NCBI GenBank assembly: GCA_016234935.1
Contig: JACRNL010000010.1
Location: 95,617-159,616 of the forward strand
Direction: 5' to 3'
Length of the DNA: 64,000 nt
Origin: Deltaproteobacteria bacterium
Lineage (GTDB): Bacteria > Desulfobacterota > GWC2-55-46
The position numbers and the translations under genes were made by a program. The notes under the pieces are model-generated. The model saw nothing but the letters and a program-made list of their open reading frames with translations. It was not told the DNA's origin and did not search any database. Shown in pieces: positions 46,692 to 55,880 of the stretch (within the stretch, counting starts at the first letter, position 1; each line of letters opens with the position of its first letter).

Positions 46692-47837
46692 TCAGCCTTT
46701 TTCATAAAACGCGGCAATGCTCGCCACGACATATTTTTGCTGCGCCGCGCTGAGCTCGGGATATATCGGCAGCGCCATTACCTGTTTTGCCGCCTTCTCG
46801 GACTCAGGCAGGCTCCCTGTTTTATAACTTAGGTATTTAAAACACTTCTGCTGATGGAGCGAAAGCGGATAGTATATCTCCGAGCCGATGCCCTGGGCCG
46901 AAAGATGCGCCCTCAGCTCGTCTCTCTTTTTAGCCCTGATGACGTATTGATTGTAGACCGAAAGGCAGTTGCCTTCAACGTATGGGACAGCCACCTTGCC
47001 TTCCAGCCCGGCCTTTTCAAAAAGCGCGTCGTAGCGCGCGGCGTTCTTTATCCTTCCATCCGTCCATGCGTCAAGGCGTTTAAGTTTTACCCTGATGACC
47101 GCGGCCTGAAGCTCGTCGAGCCTGCTGTTGGCACCGACGAGGTCATGATAATACCGCTTTTTACTGCCGTGGACACGAAGCATCCTGACCAGTCCCGCGA
47201 GCTTCGGGCTGTTCGTAGTGACCATGCCGCCGTCGCCGAAACCGCCGAGGTTCTTCGTGGGATAAAACGAAAAACAGCCCATGTCGCCGATGGCCCCGGC
47301 CTTTTTACCTTTGTATCCAGCCCCGATGGACTGCGCCGCGTCTTCTATGACCGGCAGGCCGTATTTGCGCGCGATCTTATTTATCGCCGCCATGTCGGCG
47401 CACTGGCCGTAAAGATGCACCGGCAGTATCGCCTTGAAGGGGTTCAACCCCTTGACGCCTTTGGCGCTCTTCTTTAAAACAGCTTCAACCGCCGCAGGGT
47501 CAATGTTGTATGTCCGCGGGTCTATGTCAACGAAGACCGGCAGCGCGCCAAGCCTGGCGATGCTTCCGGCCGTGGCGAAAAAGGTAAACGGCGTCGTGAT
47601 GACCTTGTCGCCGATGCCAACGCCTGCGGCCATGAGGGCAAGCAGCAGCGCGTCCGTGCCGGAAGCCACGCCCACGGCGAACCGCGCGCCGCTGTAAGCG
47701 GCTATCTCGGATTCAAGGGCGGCGCAATTTTTACCCAGTATATAATGCTGGGAGTCGCAGACAGTCTTTACTTCCTTCAATACTTCGGTTCTTATCGACC
47801 TGTACTGACCTGCAAGATCTAAAAGCGGGACCTTCAA
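46692..47837 (-). CDS. DegT/DnrJ/EryC1/StrS PLP-dependent sugar aminotransferase
   Basis: SGTDAL, FTFFAT, PVHLYGQ, EDAAQ, SFYPTKNLG..GDGG and NSRLDE motifs. 18-bp insert at 47432-47455. Confidence 0.95.
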   Translation of the reverse strand: MKVPLLDLAGQYRSIRTEVLKEVKTVCDSQHYILGKNCAALESEIAAYSGARFAVGVASGTDALLLALMAAGVGIGDKVITTPFTFFATAGSIARLGALPVFVDIDPRTYNIDPAAVEAVLKKSAKGVKGLNPFKAILPVHLYGQCADMAAINKIARKYGLPVIEDAAQSIGAGYKGKKAGAIGDMGCFSFYPTKNLGGFGDGGMVTTNSPKLAGLVRMLRVHGSKKRYYHDLVGANSRLDELQAAVIRVKLKRLDAWTDGRIKNAARYDALFEKAGLEGKVAVPYVEGNCLSVYNQYVIRAKKRDELRAHLSAQGIGSEIYYPLSLHQQKCFKYLSYKTGSLPESEKAAKQVMALPIYPELSAAQQKYVVASIAAFYEKG

Positions 47838-47909
47838 TTTTCCACTCCTGTTCCAAATGTTTATTAAATCCCGCTATCAGCGGGTTTTATTCCTCTATCG
47901 GTTTCAGGT

Positions 47910-48332
47910 TCAGCGCGGCGCGCCTTCCGGCCTTTTCTCTTCGGCCTCTCTGTGCATTCTGTCGAGTATGCCGTTGACGAACGCGCCGGATTCATCCGTG
48001 CCGAAACGCTTGGCCAGCTCTACCGCTTCGTCTATGGCCACCTTGAAGGGGACGTCGGAATAGCGCATCTCATATACGGCTATCCTCAATATATTGCGGT
48101 CAACGAGCGGCATGCGCTCGACGCTCCAGTTATCGGAAGATATCTCGATTACGCGGTCTATGTCGCCCTTTTTCTCCAGCACGCCGCGCACAAGGGCCTC
48201 GGCATAATCCTTTACCCCCTCAGGGGGCTGAACCCCCTGAAGGGGTTCAACCCCGGCGCCGCTTTCCTCGGCGATGTCAATACTGTAAAGCATCTGGACC
48301 GCCATCTCTCTTGCCTTGCGCCTGGAGTTCAT
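47910..48332 (-). CDS. nusB: Transcription antitermination factor NusB with a 12-aa repeat-derived insert
   Basis: RRKARE.A.Q.LY, W...R...VDR.ILR, IDEAVELAK.FG and FVNGILD motifs. Confidence 0.95.
   Translation of the reverse strand: MNSRRKAREMAVQMLYSIDIAEESGAGVEPLQGVQPPEGVKDYAEALVRGVLEKKGDIDRVIEISSDNWSVERMPLVDRNILRIAVYEMRYSDVPFKVAIDEAVELAKRFGTDESGAFVNGILDRMHREAEEKRPEGAPR
48215..48254. repeat. Two tandem 18-bp micro-insertion units in nusB
   Basis: cccc ctcag gggg ctgaa cccc ctgaa gggg ttcaa cccc. Confidence 0.9.
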
Positions 48333-48335
48333 TTC

Positions 48336-48812
48336 TTATTTCTTCTTATTCAGCGCATTAAGCAGATTGGCCATCTCTATGGCGGTGAGCGCCGCGTCCC
48401 TGCCCTTGTTGCCGGACTTCGTGCCGGCCCTCTCGATGGCCTGCTCAAGGTTCTCGGCCGTGATGACGCCGAAGGCTATCGGACAGTCATAGTCCAGAGA
48501 GACCTTCGCTATGCCCTTTGCGGCCTCGCCGGCGATGAAGTCGAAGTGCGGCGTGGCCCCGCGTATGACACAGCCGAGGCACAATATCGCGTCATAGCCG
48601 CCCCTCTTGGCGAGCGCCTTTGCCGCCACCGGCATCTCAAAGGAGCCGGGCACCTTGACGACCTCGATGTCCGCCTCAGACGCGCCGCTTCTAAGGAGCG
48701 TGTCCATGGCCCCGCCAAGGAGCCTGTCGCTTATAAAGTCATTAAACCTGCTGACTACAATCGCAAACCGCAGCCCTTTGCTGGAAAGCGAGCCTTCATG
48801 GATTTTAGGCAT
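48336..48812 (-). CDS. ribH: 6,7-dimethyl-8-ribityllumazine synthase
   Basis: SRFN, VPGSFE.P, GCVIRG.T.HF and NKG..AA motifs. Confidence 0.97.
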   Translation of the reverse strand: MPKIHEGSLSSKGLRFAIVVSRFNDFISDRLLGGAMDTLLRSGASEADIEVVKVPGSFEMPVAAKALAKRGGYDAILCLGCVIRGATPHFDFIAGEAAKGIAKVSLDYDCPIAFGVITAENLEQAIERAGTKSGNKGRDAALTAIEMANLLNALNKKK

Positions 48813-48876
48813 TTGCTTCCTCCTGTTTTCTTCTATTCACTTACGCGCCTCTGTCATTCAACAAGTAAAAATCAGA

Positions 48877-48921
48877 TTGAAAGGGTCAAGCCCCCTCAGG
48901 GGGTTGAACCCCTTCAAGGGG
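48877..48921. repeat. 18-bp micro-insertion array, intergenic
   Basis: aggg tcaag cccc ctcag gggg ttgaa cccc ttcaa gggg. Confidence 0.85.
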
Positions 48922-48926
48922 CGACG

Positions 48927-50162
48927 CTACTTTCCATTGCCCTTTGGTTCGACGCCGTCAAGATTTGACAGGAGGTGCCCCATCTTTTCCTTCTTGACGC
49001 GCAGGTAACTGACGTTCATCGCGTGAGGCGCGGTCTCTATGGGAATCCTCTCGACTATCTCAAGGCCGTAGCCCTCAAGACCGACTATCTTCTTCGGATT
49101 GTTCGTGAGCATGCGCATCTTTTTGACGCCCAGGTCCAGCAGTATCTGCGCGCCTATGCCGTAATCCCTGAGGTCTGCCTTAAAGCCGAGCCTCTCGTTG
49201 GCCTCGACGGTGTCAAGCCCCATGTCCTGAAGGCAATAGGCCTTTAGCTTGTTGGCAAGCCCTATGCCCCTGCCCTCCTGGTGCATGTATAATAATACGC
49301 CTTTGCCCTCTTTTTCAATCATCTTCATCGCGCCTTTGAGCTGCTCGCCGCAATCGCAGCGAACAGACCCGAATACGTCCCCTGTAAGGCACTCGGAGTG
49401 CACCCTTACAAGCACAGGATCGTCAGACGTTATCTCGCCCTTTATCACGGCAAGGTGCTCATGAGGGTCAACGTCGTTGACGTAGGCTATGGCCCGGAAC
49501 TCCCCGCCGTATCTCGTCGGCAAAGCGGCCTCGGCCACGCGCCTGACGAGGCGGTCTTTTTTAAGCCTGTATTCGATTATATCGGCGATGGTGACTATCA
49601 GCAGGCCGTGCTGCTTCGCAAAGAGCTCAAGGTCGGGCATCCTCGCCATCTCGCCGTCTTCGCGCAGTATCTCGCATATTACACCTGCCGGCCTCAGCCC
49701 GGCAAGCCTTGAGAGGTCAACAGACCCTTCGGTCTGGCCCGTCCTTACGAGGACGCCGCCCCGGCGCGCGCGCAGCGGAAAGATATGCCCCGGCCTGGCG
49801 AGGTCTTCGGGCCGCGCCTTGTCATTGACGGTTGCGAGTATGGTCACGGCCCTGTCCGCCGCGGAGATGCCCGTGGTAATGCCGTGCTTTGCGTCTATCG
49901 AAACGGTAAAGGCCGTTTTAAATGCGGCCGTGTTCTCATCCACCATCGGCTTTAAATCCAGCGCGTCGGCCCCTTCTTCGGTAAGGGTAAGGCAGATAAG
50001 CCCCCTGCCGTGCCTGGCCATGAAGTTAACGGCCTCCGGCGTGACCTTCTCCGCGGCCATGCACAGATCGCCTTCGTTCTCCCTGTCCTCATCGTCAACA
50101 AGGACGACCATCCTGCCGGCCCTTATATGCTCCAGGGCCTCTTCTATTCTCTTGATTGACAC
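48927..50162 (-). CDS. ribBA: Bifunctional DHBP synthase / GTP cyclohydrolase II
   Basis: [34 protein letters not shown] and QEGRGIGL motifs. Confidence 0.97.
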   Translation of the reverse strand: MSIKRIEEALEHIRAGRMVVLVDDEDRENEGDLCMAAEKVTPEAVNFMARHGRGLICLTLTEEGADALDLKPMVDENTAAFKTAFTVSIDAKHGITTGISAADRAVTILATVNDKARPEDLARPGHIFPLRARRGGVLVRTGQTEGSVDLSRLAGLRPAGVICEILREDGEMARMPDLELFAKQHGLLIVTIADIIEYRLKKDRLVRRVAEAALPTRYGGEFRAIAYVNDVDPHEHLAVIKGEITSDDPVLVRVHSECLTGDVFGSVRCDCGEQLKGAMKMIEKEGKGVLLYMHQEGRGIGLANKLKAYCLQDMGLDTVEANERLGFKADLRDYGIGAQILLDLGVKKMRMLTNNPKKIVGLEGYGLEIVERIPIETAPHAMNVSYLRVKKEKMGHLLSNLDGVEPKGNGK

Positions 50163-50205
50163 TTTTACCGCCTCCGTCTGTATGCTTCAGTAATCTTAAA
50201 AAAAC

Positions 50206-50245
50206 CCCCCTGAGGGGGCTGGACCCCTTGAAGGGACTGGACCCC
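50206..50245. repeat. 18-bp micro-insertion array, intergenic
   Basis: cccc ctgag gggg ctgga cccc ttgaa ggga ctgga cccc. Confidence 0.8.
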
Positions 50246-50300
50246 TCGGAGCCGCCTGTCCATTAATCCCCGCCACGATGAGCGTGCAGGCAAGAAAAAT

Positions 50301-51011
50301 CTATCCCTTCTTGAAAAACCCGTGCTCCTTGAGGAACTCTTCCGACACACCCTTCTTCCCTTCCTTCGCGCTTAAAAACCGCTCCACATACTTCGCCAGC
50401 ACGTCGGTTTCGATATTGACCGTGCTCCCTTCGGCCTTTGACGGCAGGGTCGTCTTTTCAAGAGTATGCGGAATAATCGCCGTTTTAAAAAAATCCAACC
50501 CCCTGAGGGGGCTGAGCCCCACTTCCGTGACGGTGAGGCTTATCCCATCCACAGCAATCGACCCCTTTTTGACGATTTGAGACATCAACCTCTCCGGCAC
50601 GCTTATCTCAAGGTCAACATGCCGGCCATTTGCGCTCTTTTTCCTTATTGTCCCGATGCCGTCTACATGGCCGGTGACGATGTGGCCGCCGAGGGGCTTG
50701 GAAAGTGTCAGAGCGGCTTCAAGGTTGACATGCGCGCCGCTTTTAAGCGTCCCCAGCGTGGTGAGCTTGAGCGTCTCAGCGCTCATGTCAGCCGAAAAAA
50801 GGGGGTGACCCCCTTCAACGCACTTTTTAATTTCCGTCACGGTCAAACACGCGCCGTTGACGCTGATGCTGTCGCCAAGGTTGACCCCGCTCAGTGGGCG
50901 GACATTTTCACGCGCCAAATCAACCAACGCCTCTATTGTTATTCTACCAGAAGCGCCTTTTTTTTCAACAGATTTGACCCTGCCTATTGCTTCTATTATG
51001 CCGGTAAACAC
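50301..51011 (-). CDS. ribE: Riboflavin synthase alpha with up to three 6-aa inserts
   Basis: GTG start giving MFTGII; GDSI.VNG.CLTV, GGH.V.GHVD and IPHT motifs. Confidence 0.95.
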   Translation of the reverse strand: MFTGIIEAIGRVKSVEKKGASGRITIEALVDLARENVRPLSGVNLGDSISVNGACLTVTEIKKCVEGGHPLFSADMSAETLKLTTLGTLKSGAHVNLEAALTLSKPLGGHIVTGHVDGIGTIRKKSANGRHVDLEISVPERLMSQIVKKGSIAVDGISLTVTEVGLSPLRGLDFFKTAIIPHTLEKTTLPSKAEGSTVNIETDVLAKYVERFLSAKEGKKGVSEEFLKEHGFFKKG

Positions 51012-51035
51012 CCTATTGCCGCCCTCCATAACTCA

Positions 51036-51569
51036 TTACTTCGCCTCTGTTCCGTTCGCCTTCAAAAAAATCCGCGCCGGTTCATGGCCCATCTTCGCGG
51101 CCTTTTTTATGTCGGCCATGCCGTCTTCCTTGTCTTTAAGGAGCAGGTAGGCGTAGCCGCGCGTGTAGTATGCCTTTGCCAGACCCGGATCAATATCCAA
51201 CGCCTTCGTATAATCCCTCACCGCCTGCCAGAGGGAGGTTATGCCGAAATAAGCGTTCCCCCGCTCAAAATAGGCCTCAACGTAATTTGGATTTAATTCT
51301 ATGGCCTTTGAAAAATCATCAATGGCCATTTTGTGGTTCTCAAGGCCTTCATAGGCAAGGCCGCGGTTATAATAAAGCTCCGGCACACGGGCGTCTTTTT
51401 CTATGGCAAGGTCAAAGGCCGCGACGGCTTCTTCAATCTTCCCTGCCCGTGCAAGCTCCTGCCCCTTTTCAAGCCATTTTACCGAGTCAAGCCCCTCGCC
51501 ATTAGCTGCAAACGGCGAAACAAAAAAAACCGCTGCCGTTGCGATGATGAAAAAGACCCTGCCGCGCAT
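51036..51569 (-). CDS. Exported TPR protein
   Basis: Signal peptide and YYNRG..Y / AI.D..KAIELNP repeats. Confidence 0.85.
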   Translation of the reverse strand: MRGRVFFIIATAAVFFVSPFAANGEGLDSVKWLEKGQELARAGKIEEAVAAFDLAIEKDARVPELYYNRGLAYEGLENHKMAIDDFSKAIELNPNYVEAYFERGNAYFGITSLWQAVRDYTKALDIDPGLAKAYYTRGYAYLLLKDKEDGMADIKKAAKMGHEPARIFLKANGTEAK

Positions 51570-52691
51570 CTAAAAATGCCCCTCTATAAGGATATCCTTC
51601 CCGATCCTTTTCATCGTCATGTCTTTTATCACCAATGCCTTCGACATCTTTTTTATCCCCAGAGGGCCGATGCCTAAGGCAGCGCCGCCGCCGAGGACAA
51701 TCGGCGCGATAAAAAAAGATATCCTGTCAACAAGACAGGCCTTGATGAATGACGCGCCAAGAGAGCCGCCGCCCTCCACAAGGAGGCTGGCGATGGCACG
51801 GGAGCCAAGCTCCCTTAAGACCTTTTTAAGGTCAACCCCGCCGCCCATGCCTGCGCTCTTCGGCACTGTCACCACTTCCGCGCCTTTTGCCCGGGCTTTT
51901 TTTATCTTATCAGCCGGGGCCGCGTTCGTTGTAAAAATAATCAGCCGCACTTTTCCTGCATTGTCAAATATCTTCGCATCAAGAGGCGTCCGGAGCGAGC
52001 TGTCCACGACGACGCGGGCCGGGTTCTTCCCCTTTACAAGGCGCACGGTCAGCGCCGGGTCGTCTTTTAAGACCGTATTCAACCCGACCATAACGGCATC
52101 GGACTCTGAACGCATTTTATGGACGTGCCTGCGCGCTTCCACGCCGGTTATCCACTTCGACTCGCCCGCGGCGGTTGCTATCCTGCCGTCAATGGACATG
52201 GCGAGCTTTAGCGTGACGTACGGCATCTTTTTTGTAATATATTTAATATACCACTCGTTGAGTTCCGCGCACTCGAGTTCAAGAACGCCGGAGGTGACGT
52301 CTATGCCCGCGCGCCTCAAGATGCCGGCGCCCTTGCCGGCCACGAGCCGGTTCGGGTCCAACATGCCGGCGACCACCCTCTTTATGCCGGAACGCACGAC
52401 GGCGCCCGTGCACGGCGGGGTCTTCCCGTAATGGCAGCACGGCTCAAGCGTTACGTAGAGGGTAGCGCCCTTTACGCTCTCCTTAGCGTCTTTAAATGCC
52501 GCTATCTCCGCATGGGGCCGGCCCGCCTTTTTGTGAAAGCCCCTTGCAATGACGCGGCCGTTTTTTACGATGACCGCGCCGACCGTTGGATTAGGGCTTG
52601 TCTTGCCGAGACCCTTTTTCGCAAGCGCGAGCGCCTCGCGCATAAACCTCTCGTCAATGACCGCGTCTGCCGGAGGTTTCGGCGACATCAC
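51570..52691 (-). CDS. ribD: Riboflavin biosynthesis deaminase/reductase RibD
   Basis: PNP.VGAV, HAE, TLEPC.H..TPPC, DG.IA and VEGG motifs. Confidence 0.97.
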   Translation of the reverse strand: MMSPKPPADAVIDERFMREALALAKKGLGKTSPNPTVGAVIVKNGRVIARGFHKKAGRPHAEIAAFKDAKESVKGATLYVTLEPCCHYGKTPPCTGAVVRSGIKRVVAGMLDPNRLVAGKGAGILRRAGIDVTSGVLELECAELNEWYIKYITKKMPYVTLKLAMSIDGRIATAAGESKWITGVEARRHVHKMRSESDAVMVGLNTVLKDDPALTVRLVKGKNPARVVVDSSLRTPLDAKIFDNAGKVRLIIFTTNAAPADKIKKARAKGAEVVTVPKSAGMGGGVDLKKVLRELGSRAIASLLVEGGGSLGASFIKACLVDRISFFIAPIVLGGGAALGIGPLGIKKMSKALVIKDMTMKRIGKDILIEGHF

Positions 52692-53155
52692 TTATTCCCT
52701 TTTTTTACGTCTATTATTTCCTTCAGCTCCGCCATGAACTCGTTGATGTCGCGGAACTCGCGGTAGACCGAGGCGAACCGGACAAAGGCCACCTCGTCGA
52801 GTTTTTTAAGCTCGTCCATAACGGCCTCGCCGATGGCGGCGCTTGGCATCTCCTTTTCGCCGGAGTCCAGAAAACGCATCTCAATCTTATCAACGGTCTT
52901 TTCTATCTCACCCGTGGCGATGGGCCGCTTCTCACAGGCCTTCTTTATTCCGCCAAGTATCTTCGCCCTGTCGAAAAGCTCTCTCCTGCCGTCCTTTTTC
53001 ATGACGATAGGCAGGCTCTCCTCCACCCTCTCATAGGTGGTAAAGCGCTTTGCGCACTGAAGACACTCACGCCTCCGGCGCGTTGTGGAGCCGTCCTGAG
53101 ACAGGCGCGAGTCAATCACCTTGTCTTCGATATAACTGCAAAAAGGACATTTCAT
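52688..53155 (-). CDS. nrdR: Transcriptional repressor NrdR
   Basis: MKCPFC, VIDSR, RRRREC..C..RFTTYE and RFASVYR motifs. Confidence 0.97.
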   Translation of the reverse strand: MKCPFCSYIEDKVIDSRLSQDGSTTRRRRECLQCAKRFTTYERVEESLPIVMKKDGRRELFDRAKILGGIKKACEKRPIATGEIEKTVDKIEMRFLDSGEKEMPSAAIGEAVMDELKKLDEVAFVRFASVYREFRDINEFMAELKEIIDVKKGNK

Positions 53156-53285
53156 AAGGGTAATATACAAAAAATAAGTTTAAAGGACAAGGGGAATGCC
53201 CAGCGCCACTTTCCGTTGCCAACGCCCGTATTATGCACGGACTTTCGATAATGGAAAGTGGCGCCGGGCAAGCCCCTTTAAAAAC

Positions 53286-53317
53286 TAAAGCCCCCTGCGA
53301 AAAGGCAGGGGGCTTTT
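53286..53317 (-). terminator. Terminator downstream of the HU gene
   Basis: aaagccccctgc gaaaag gcagggggcttt. Confidence 0.7.
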
Positions 53318-53397
53318 AGAAAACTTGTCTTTGTTGAAGGTCTTAAAATGGTTCACCCGAAGAGGCATGAATACAGAGCCTTTCACGCGCTGGGCGC

Positions 53398-53682
53398 TTA
53401 GCTGCCGAGGACCGCGTCCTTGCATGCCTTTGCCACTCTGAACTTGACGACCCTCTTTGCCGGGATCTTTATCGGGTCGCCGGTCTGCGGGTTTCTGCCG
53501 ACACGCGCCTTCCTCTTTACGAGGACGAGCTTGCCTATTCCGGGGATAGTGAAGGAATTCTTCGCTTCCCTGTAAGCGAGCTGCGCGATCTGGCCTATGA
53601 TCTCTCCCGCGGCCTTCTTCGTGATGCCTGCCTTTGTTGCGATGTGTTCTGTAACCTGGGACTTTGTCAACGGCTTGGACAT
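53398..53682 (-). CDS. hup: Histone-like DNA-binding protein HU
   Basis: IPG.GK, RKAR.GRNPQTG..I.IPA and KF motifs; GGAGG RBS. Confidence 0.95.
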   Translation of the reverse strand: MSKPLTKSQVTEHIATKAGITKKAAGEIIGQIAQLAYREAKNSFTIPGIGKLVLVKRKARVGRNPQTGDPIKIPAKRVVKFRVAKACKDAVLGS

Positions 53683-54095
53683 TTGAACCTCCTGTGGTTT
53701 TAGTATCTGAAACAGACCTTAAAACTCGGTGTCGATTGCGCATTCAGCATGCACGCGGCGCGCGTGCCGTAGTATATCTTAATAGGATTCTTTTTTTTTG
53801 CAAGAAAAAAATGCACAGACCTTTTTCGTCAGAAGCAGCGGAGCCGGCAGACGAACCCGACCCGGCATTCCAGAACTTCCGCAAAATTTAATGAACTTTA
53901 TCACCAAAAGAACAATTTGTCAATAGCCGCCAAGCTCCCTCGACACGGAAGAAAATACCTGTTTTGACCGCATTTTTACTGCCTGCTTCGCAATATCAGC
54001 AAGCGGGCTTCCAGCCTCCGCGGGCGCATGAGCATCCGCCTTCCGGCCAACCGGCGCCAACGCTCTTTTTTAACCGGAGTCCGCTTGAATTTTTA

Positions 54096-54125
54096 TTGAC
54101 ATGTATCGCCTTGGAATGTTATAAA
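54096..54125 (+). promoter_or_regulatory. Probable sigma70 promoter of tRNA-Ala
   Basis: TTGACA-18 nt-TATAAA, with TG at the extended -10 position. Confidence 0.55.
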
Positions 54126-54181
54126 TTACTATTGCGGGCCGGCCTCTGGACATAAGAGGCGCCGTTGGCGCATATAAAAAA

Positions 54182-54203
54182 GGGGTTGAACCCCTTCAAG
54201 GGG
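54182..54203. repeat. 18-bp micro-insertion whose right GGGG is the tRNA 5' end
   Basis: gggg ttgaa cccc ttcaa GGGG(ctgtagctcag). Confidence 0.9.
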
Positions 54204-54275
54204 CTGTAGCTCAGTTGGGAGAGCGCAAGGCTGGCAGTCTTGAGGTCAGGGGTTCGATCCCCCTCAGCTCCACCA
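54200..54275 (+). tRNA. tRNA-Ala (GGC)
   Basis: 76-nt cloverleaf: GGGGCTG/CAGCTCC acceptor stem with G3:U70, anticodon GGC, TTCGATC T-loop and encoded CCA. Confidence 0.98.
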
Positions 54276-54280
54276 AGACA

Positions 54281-54488
54281 TATAAAAGGGATTTTTAAAC
54301 ATGACCGTTCAGATAAGGCTATAAAAGGGATTTTTAAGCATGACCGTTCAGATAAGGCTATAAAAGGGATTTTTAAGCATGACCGTTCAGATAAGGCTAT
54401 AAAAGGGATTTTTAAGCATGACCGTTCGGATAGGGCTATAAAAGGGATTTTTAAGCATGACTGTTCGGATAGGGCTATAAAAGGGATT
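54281..54488 (+). repeat. 39-bp tandem array (5 copies plus a 13-bp partial)
   Basis: tataaaagggatttttaagcatgaccgttcagataaggc units at 54281, 54320, 54359, 54398 and 54437; partial at 54476. Confidence 0.95.
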
Positions 54489-54511
54489 ACGGTAAGCCGT
54501 AATCCCTTTTT
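54479..54511 (+). terminator. tRNA terminator
   Basis: aaaagggattacgg taag ccgtaatccctttt t. Confidence 0.85.
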
Positions 54512-54519
54512 CATTTGCA

Positions 54520-54567
54520 AAGGCAATCACGGATGCCGCTTAATCAGCGCGCATCCGTGATTGCCTT
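54520..54567. terminator. 17-bp stem hairpin, probably terminating the convergent gene
   Basis: aaggcaatcacggatgc...gcatccgtgattgcctt. Confidence 0.55.
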
Positions 54568-54590
54568 AAACACGCTTTATGCGGCTTCCA

Positions 54591-54911
54591 TCAGCCTGAT
54601 CCGCCCTGCCCTCCTGCGACCTCGATCTTGAGGCCCTGACAGAATTGCGAACATCGCGTGCAGTAAAAGCTGTGGGTAAGCTCATACTCTTTGAATATGG
54701 AGCAGGTCTTGCAGACGCACTCTTTTTCCCAATGTATCTGCTTGCTGGTGCCAAAGGCAGGGTAGCAATACCCCGTTGGCGCGTCGCCTTGCACATAGGT
54801 TGGGCATTTGGTGCACCTGCAGTTTTTGAGGATATAGTCCTGCCGCTTTTTAAAATCAGCCTCTTCCAGATTCTCTACGCCGAACTTGTCAAGAGTTTCA
54901 TACTTGCTCAT
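54591..54911 (-). CDS. Cys-rich small protein, DUF2769-like
   Basis: C.C..CPTY, YC..G.S, C.C..C and Y.L...FYC pattern; AGGAGG RBS. Confidence 0.7.
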   Translation of the reverse strand: MSKYETLDKFGVENLEEADFKKRQDYILKNCRCTKCPTYVQGDAPTGYCYPAFGTSKQIHWEKECVCKTCSIFKEYELTHSFYCTRCSQFCQGLKIEVAGGQGGSG

Positions 54912-55321
54912 ATTTCACCTCCTTTTTGAATTTTTAGTTGCGCATTTCATGCGCATGCGTCCGCGGCGCATGATGCGTCAATGGTTATGATGCCTCTCAG
55001 GCATCCTTGAACCCGGCAAACGGCTGACCACTGTGCGGCATGAATGAGTGAAGTATAGCAGAGCATTCAGGGCTGTCAAGGCAGGATAGGGCGGGCTTTG
55101 CATTTTTTGTGCTGATGGGCCAATACAGCCTGTCATGCTTGCCCGCAACCTCTGAATTTTAATTTTCTTTAAAGAACCGCGGCTAAAGACGTATGGCGGA
55201 CTGCATGGAGGCAGTCCAGTCTGAGTCCGGAAGGAGAAGGGATTGGAAAAAACATCCGGAAACCTGAGCAGTCCATTCTGCGCCTATGCTGCCCTGTAAT
55301 TTGTCTTTTACCCCTGTCATG

Positions 55322-55531
55322 CTACCGGATCAAAATGTAGAGATTATAGCCTATAAGCGCCAGACCAGCCACAAGATTGATGCCTTTGGTGGAGTCTGAG
55401 GAGCGGTTTGGCGCAAACAGGGTATCGAGCCTGAACGCCGCAATGAACCTGTTGTTTACGAAAGTTGCCGCTATTAAAACGCATCCGTATGCAATGCCTA
55501 TCAGAGCCAATGTCAAATTCATAGACTTCAT
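55322..55531 (-). CDS. Small membrane protein
   Basis: GGAGG RBS and two hydrophobic segments. Confidence 0.65.
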   Translation of the reverse strand: MKSMNLTLALIGIAYGCVLIAATFVNNRFIAAFRLDTLFAPNRSSDSTKGINLVAGLALIGYNLYILIR

Positions 55532-55779
55532 CGCCTGACCTCCGTTTTTTTCTTATTCCGCTCCAAGCCGCACAGACTGAATAATACCATAACTTAGGCT
55601 CCCTTCAAAGCCATCATTCACGCCTTTATTCGTAGATGTTTTTGGGTGTGAAAGGTTTTAAAGACGCGCTTACCTTTCTTGAAAGAAAGGTAAGCCCAAA
55701 GAACTTTAATGTTTTTTGACACAAAATGCTTGACATTACCCGCGGGGGCCGCGGCAAGGCGCAATTACGAATAAAAAAC

Positions 55780-55813
55780 AAAAAAGCAGGGAGGGCTTTT
55801 AAGCCCCCCCTGC
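55780..55813 (-). terminator. Terminator after narK
   Basis: Minus strand gcagggggggc ttaaaa gccctccctgc followed by a U-run. Confidence 0.7.
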
Positions 55814-55880
55814 CCATGTTCATGCTATAAAACTCCCCCTGAATGAGGGCTTTTAAGCCATTGTGCGCTTTAATACGCGG

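Noticed and set aside
54247-54267. Similarity of the tRNA T-arm (aggggttcgatccccct) to the 18-bp unit
   Set aside because: The T-loop is the canonical 7 nt rather than 5, and AGGG/GGAG variants are not explained by it. Probably coincidence.
54281-54488. Possible CRISPR array
   Set aside because: Units are contiguous and near-identical with no unique spacers, and no cas genes are in the window.
54119-54560. ORFs 54119..54526 (-) and 54240..54560 (+) with 13-aa repeats
   Set aside because: They overlap the tRNA and are open only because the 39-bp unit is a multiple of 3.
55181-55293. Structured intergenic region with partial resemblance to SRP RNA (tccggaagg)
   Set aside because: It lacks the CAGG/AGCAG internal loop of SRP helix 8, and I cannot assign another RNA family or support the 45-codon minus-strand ORF.
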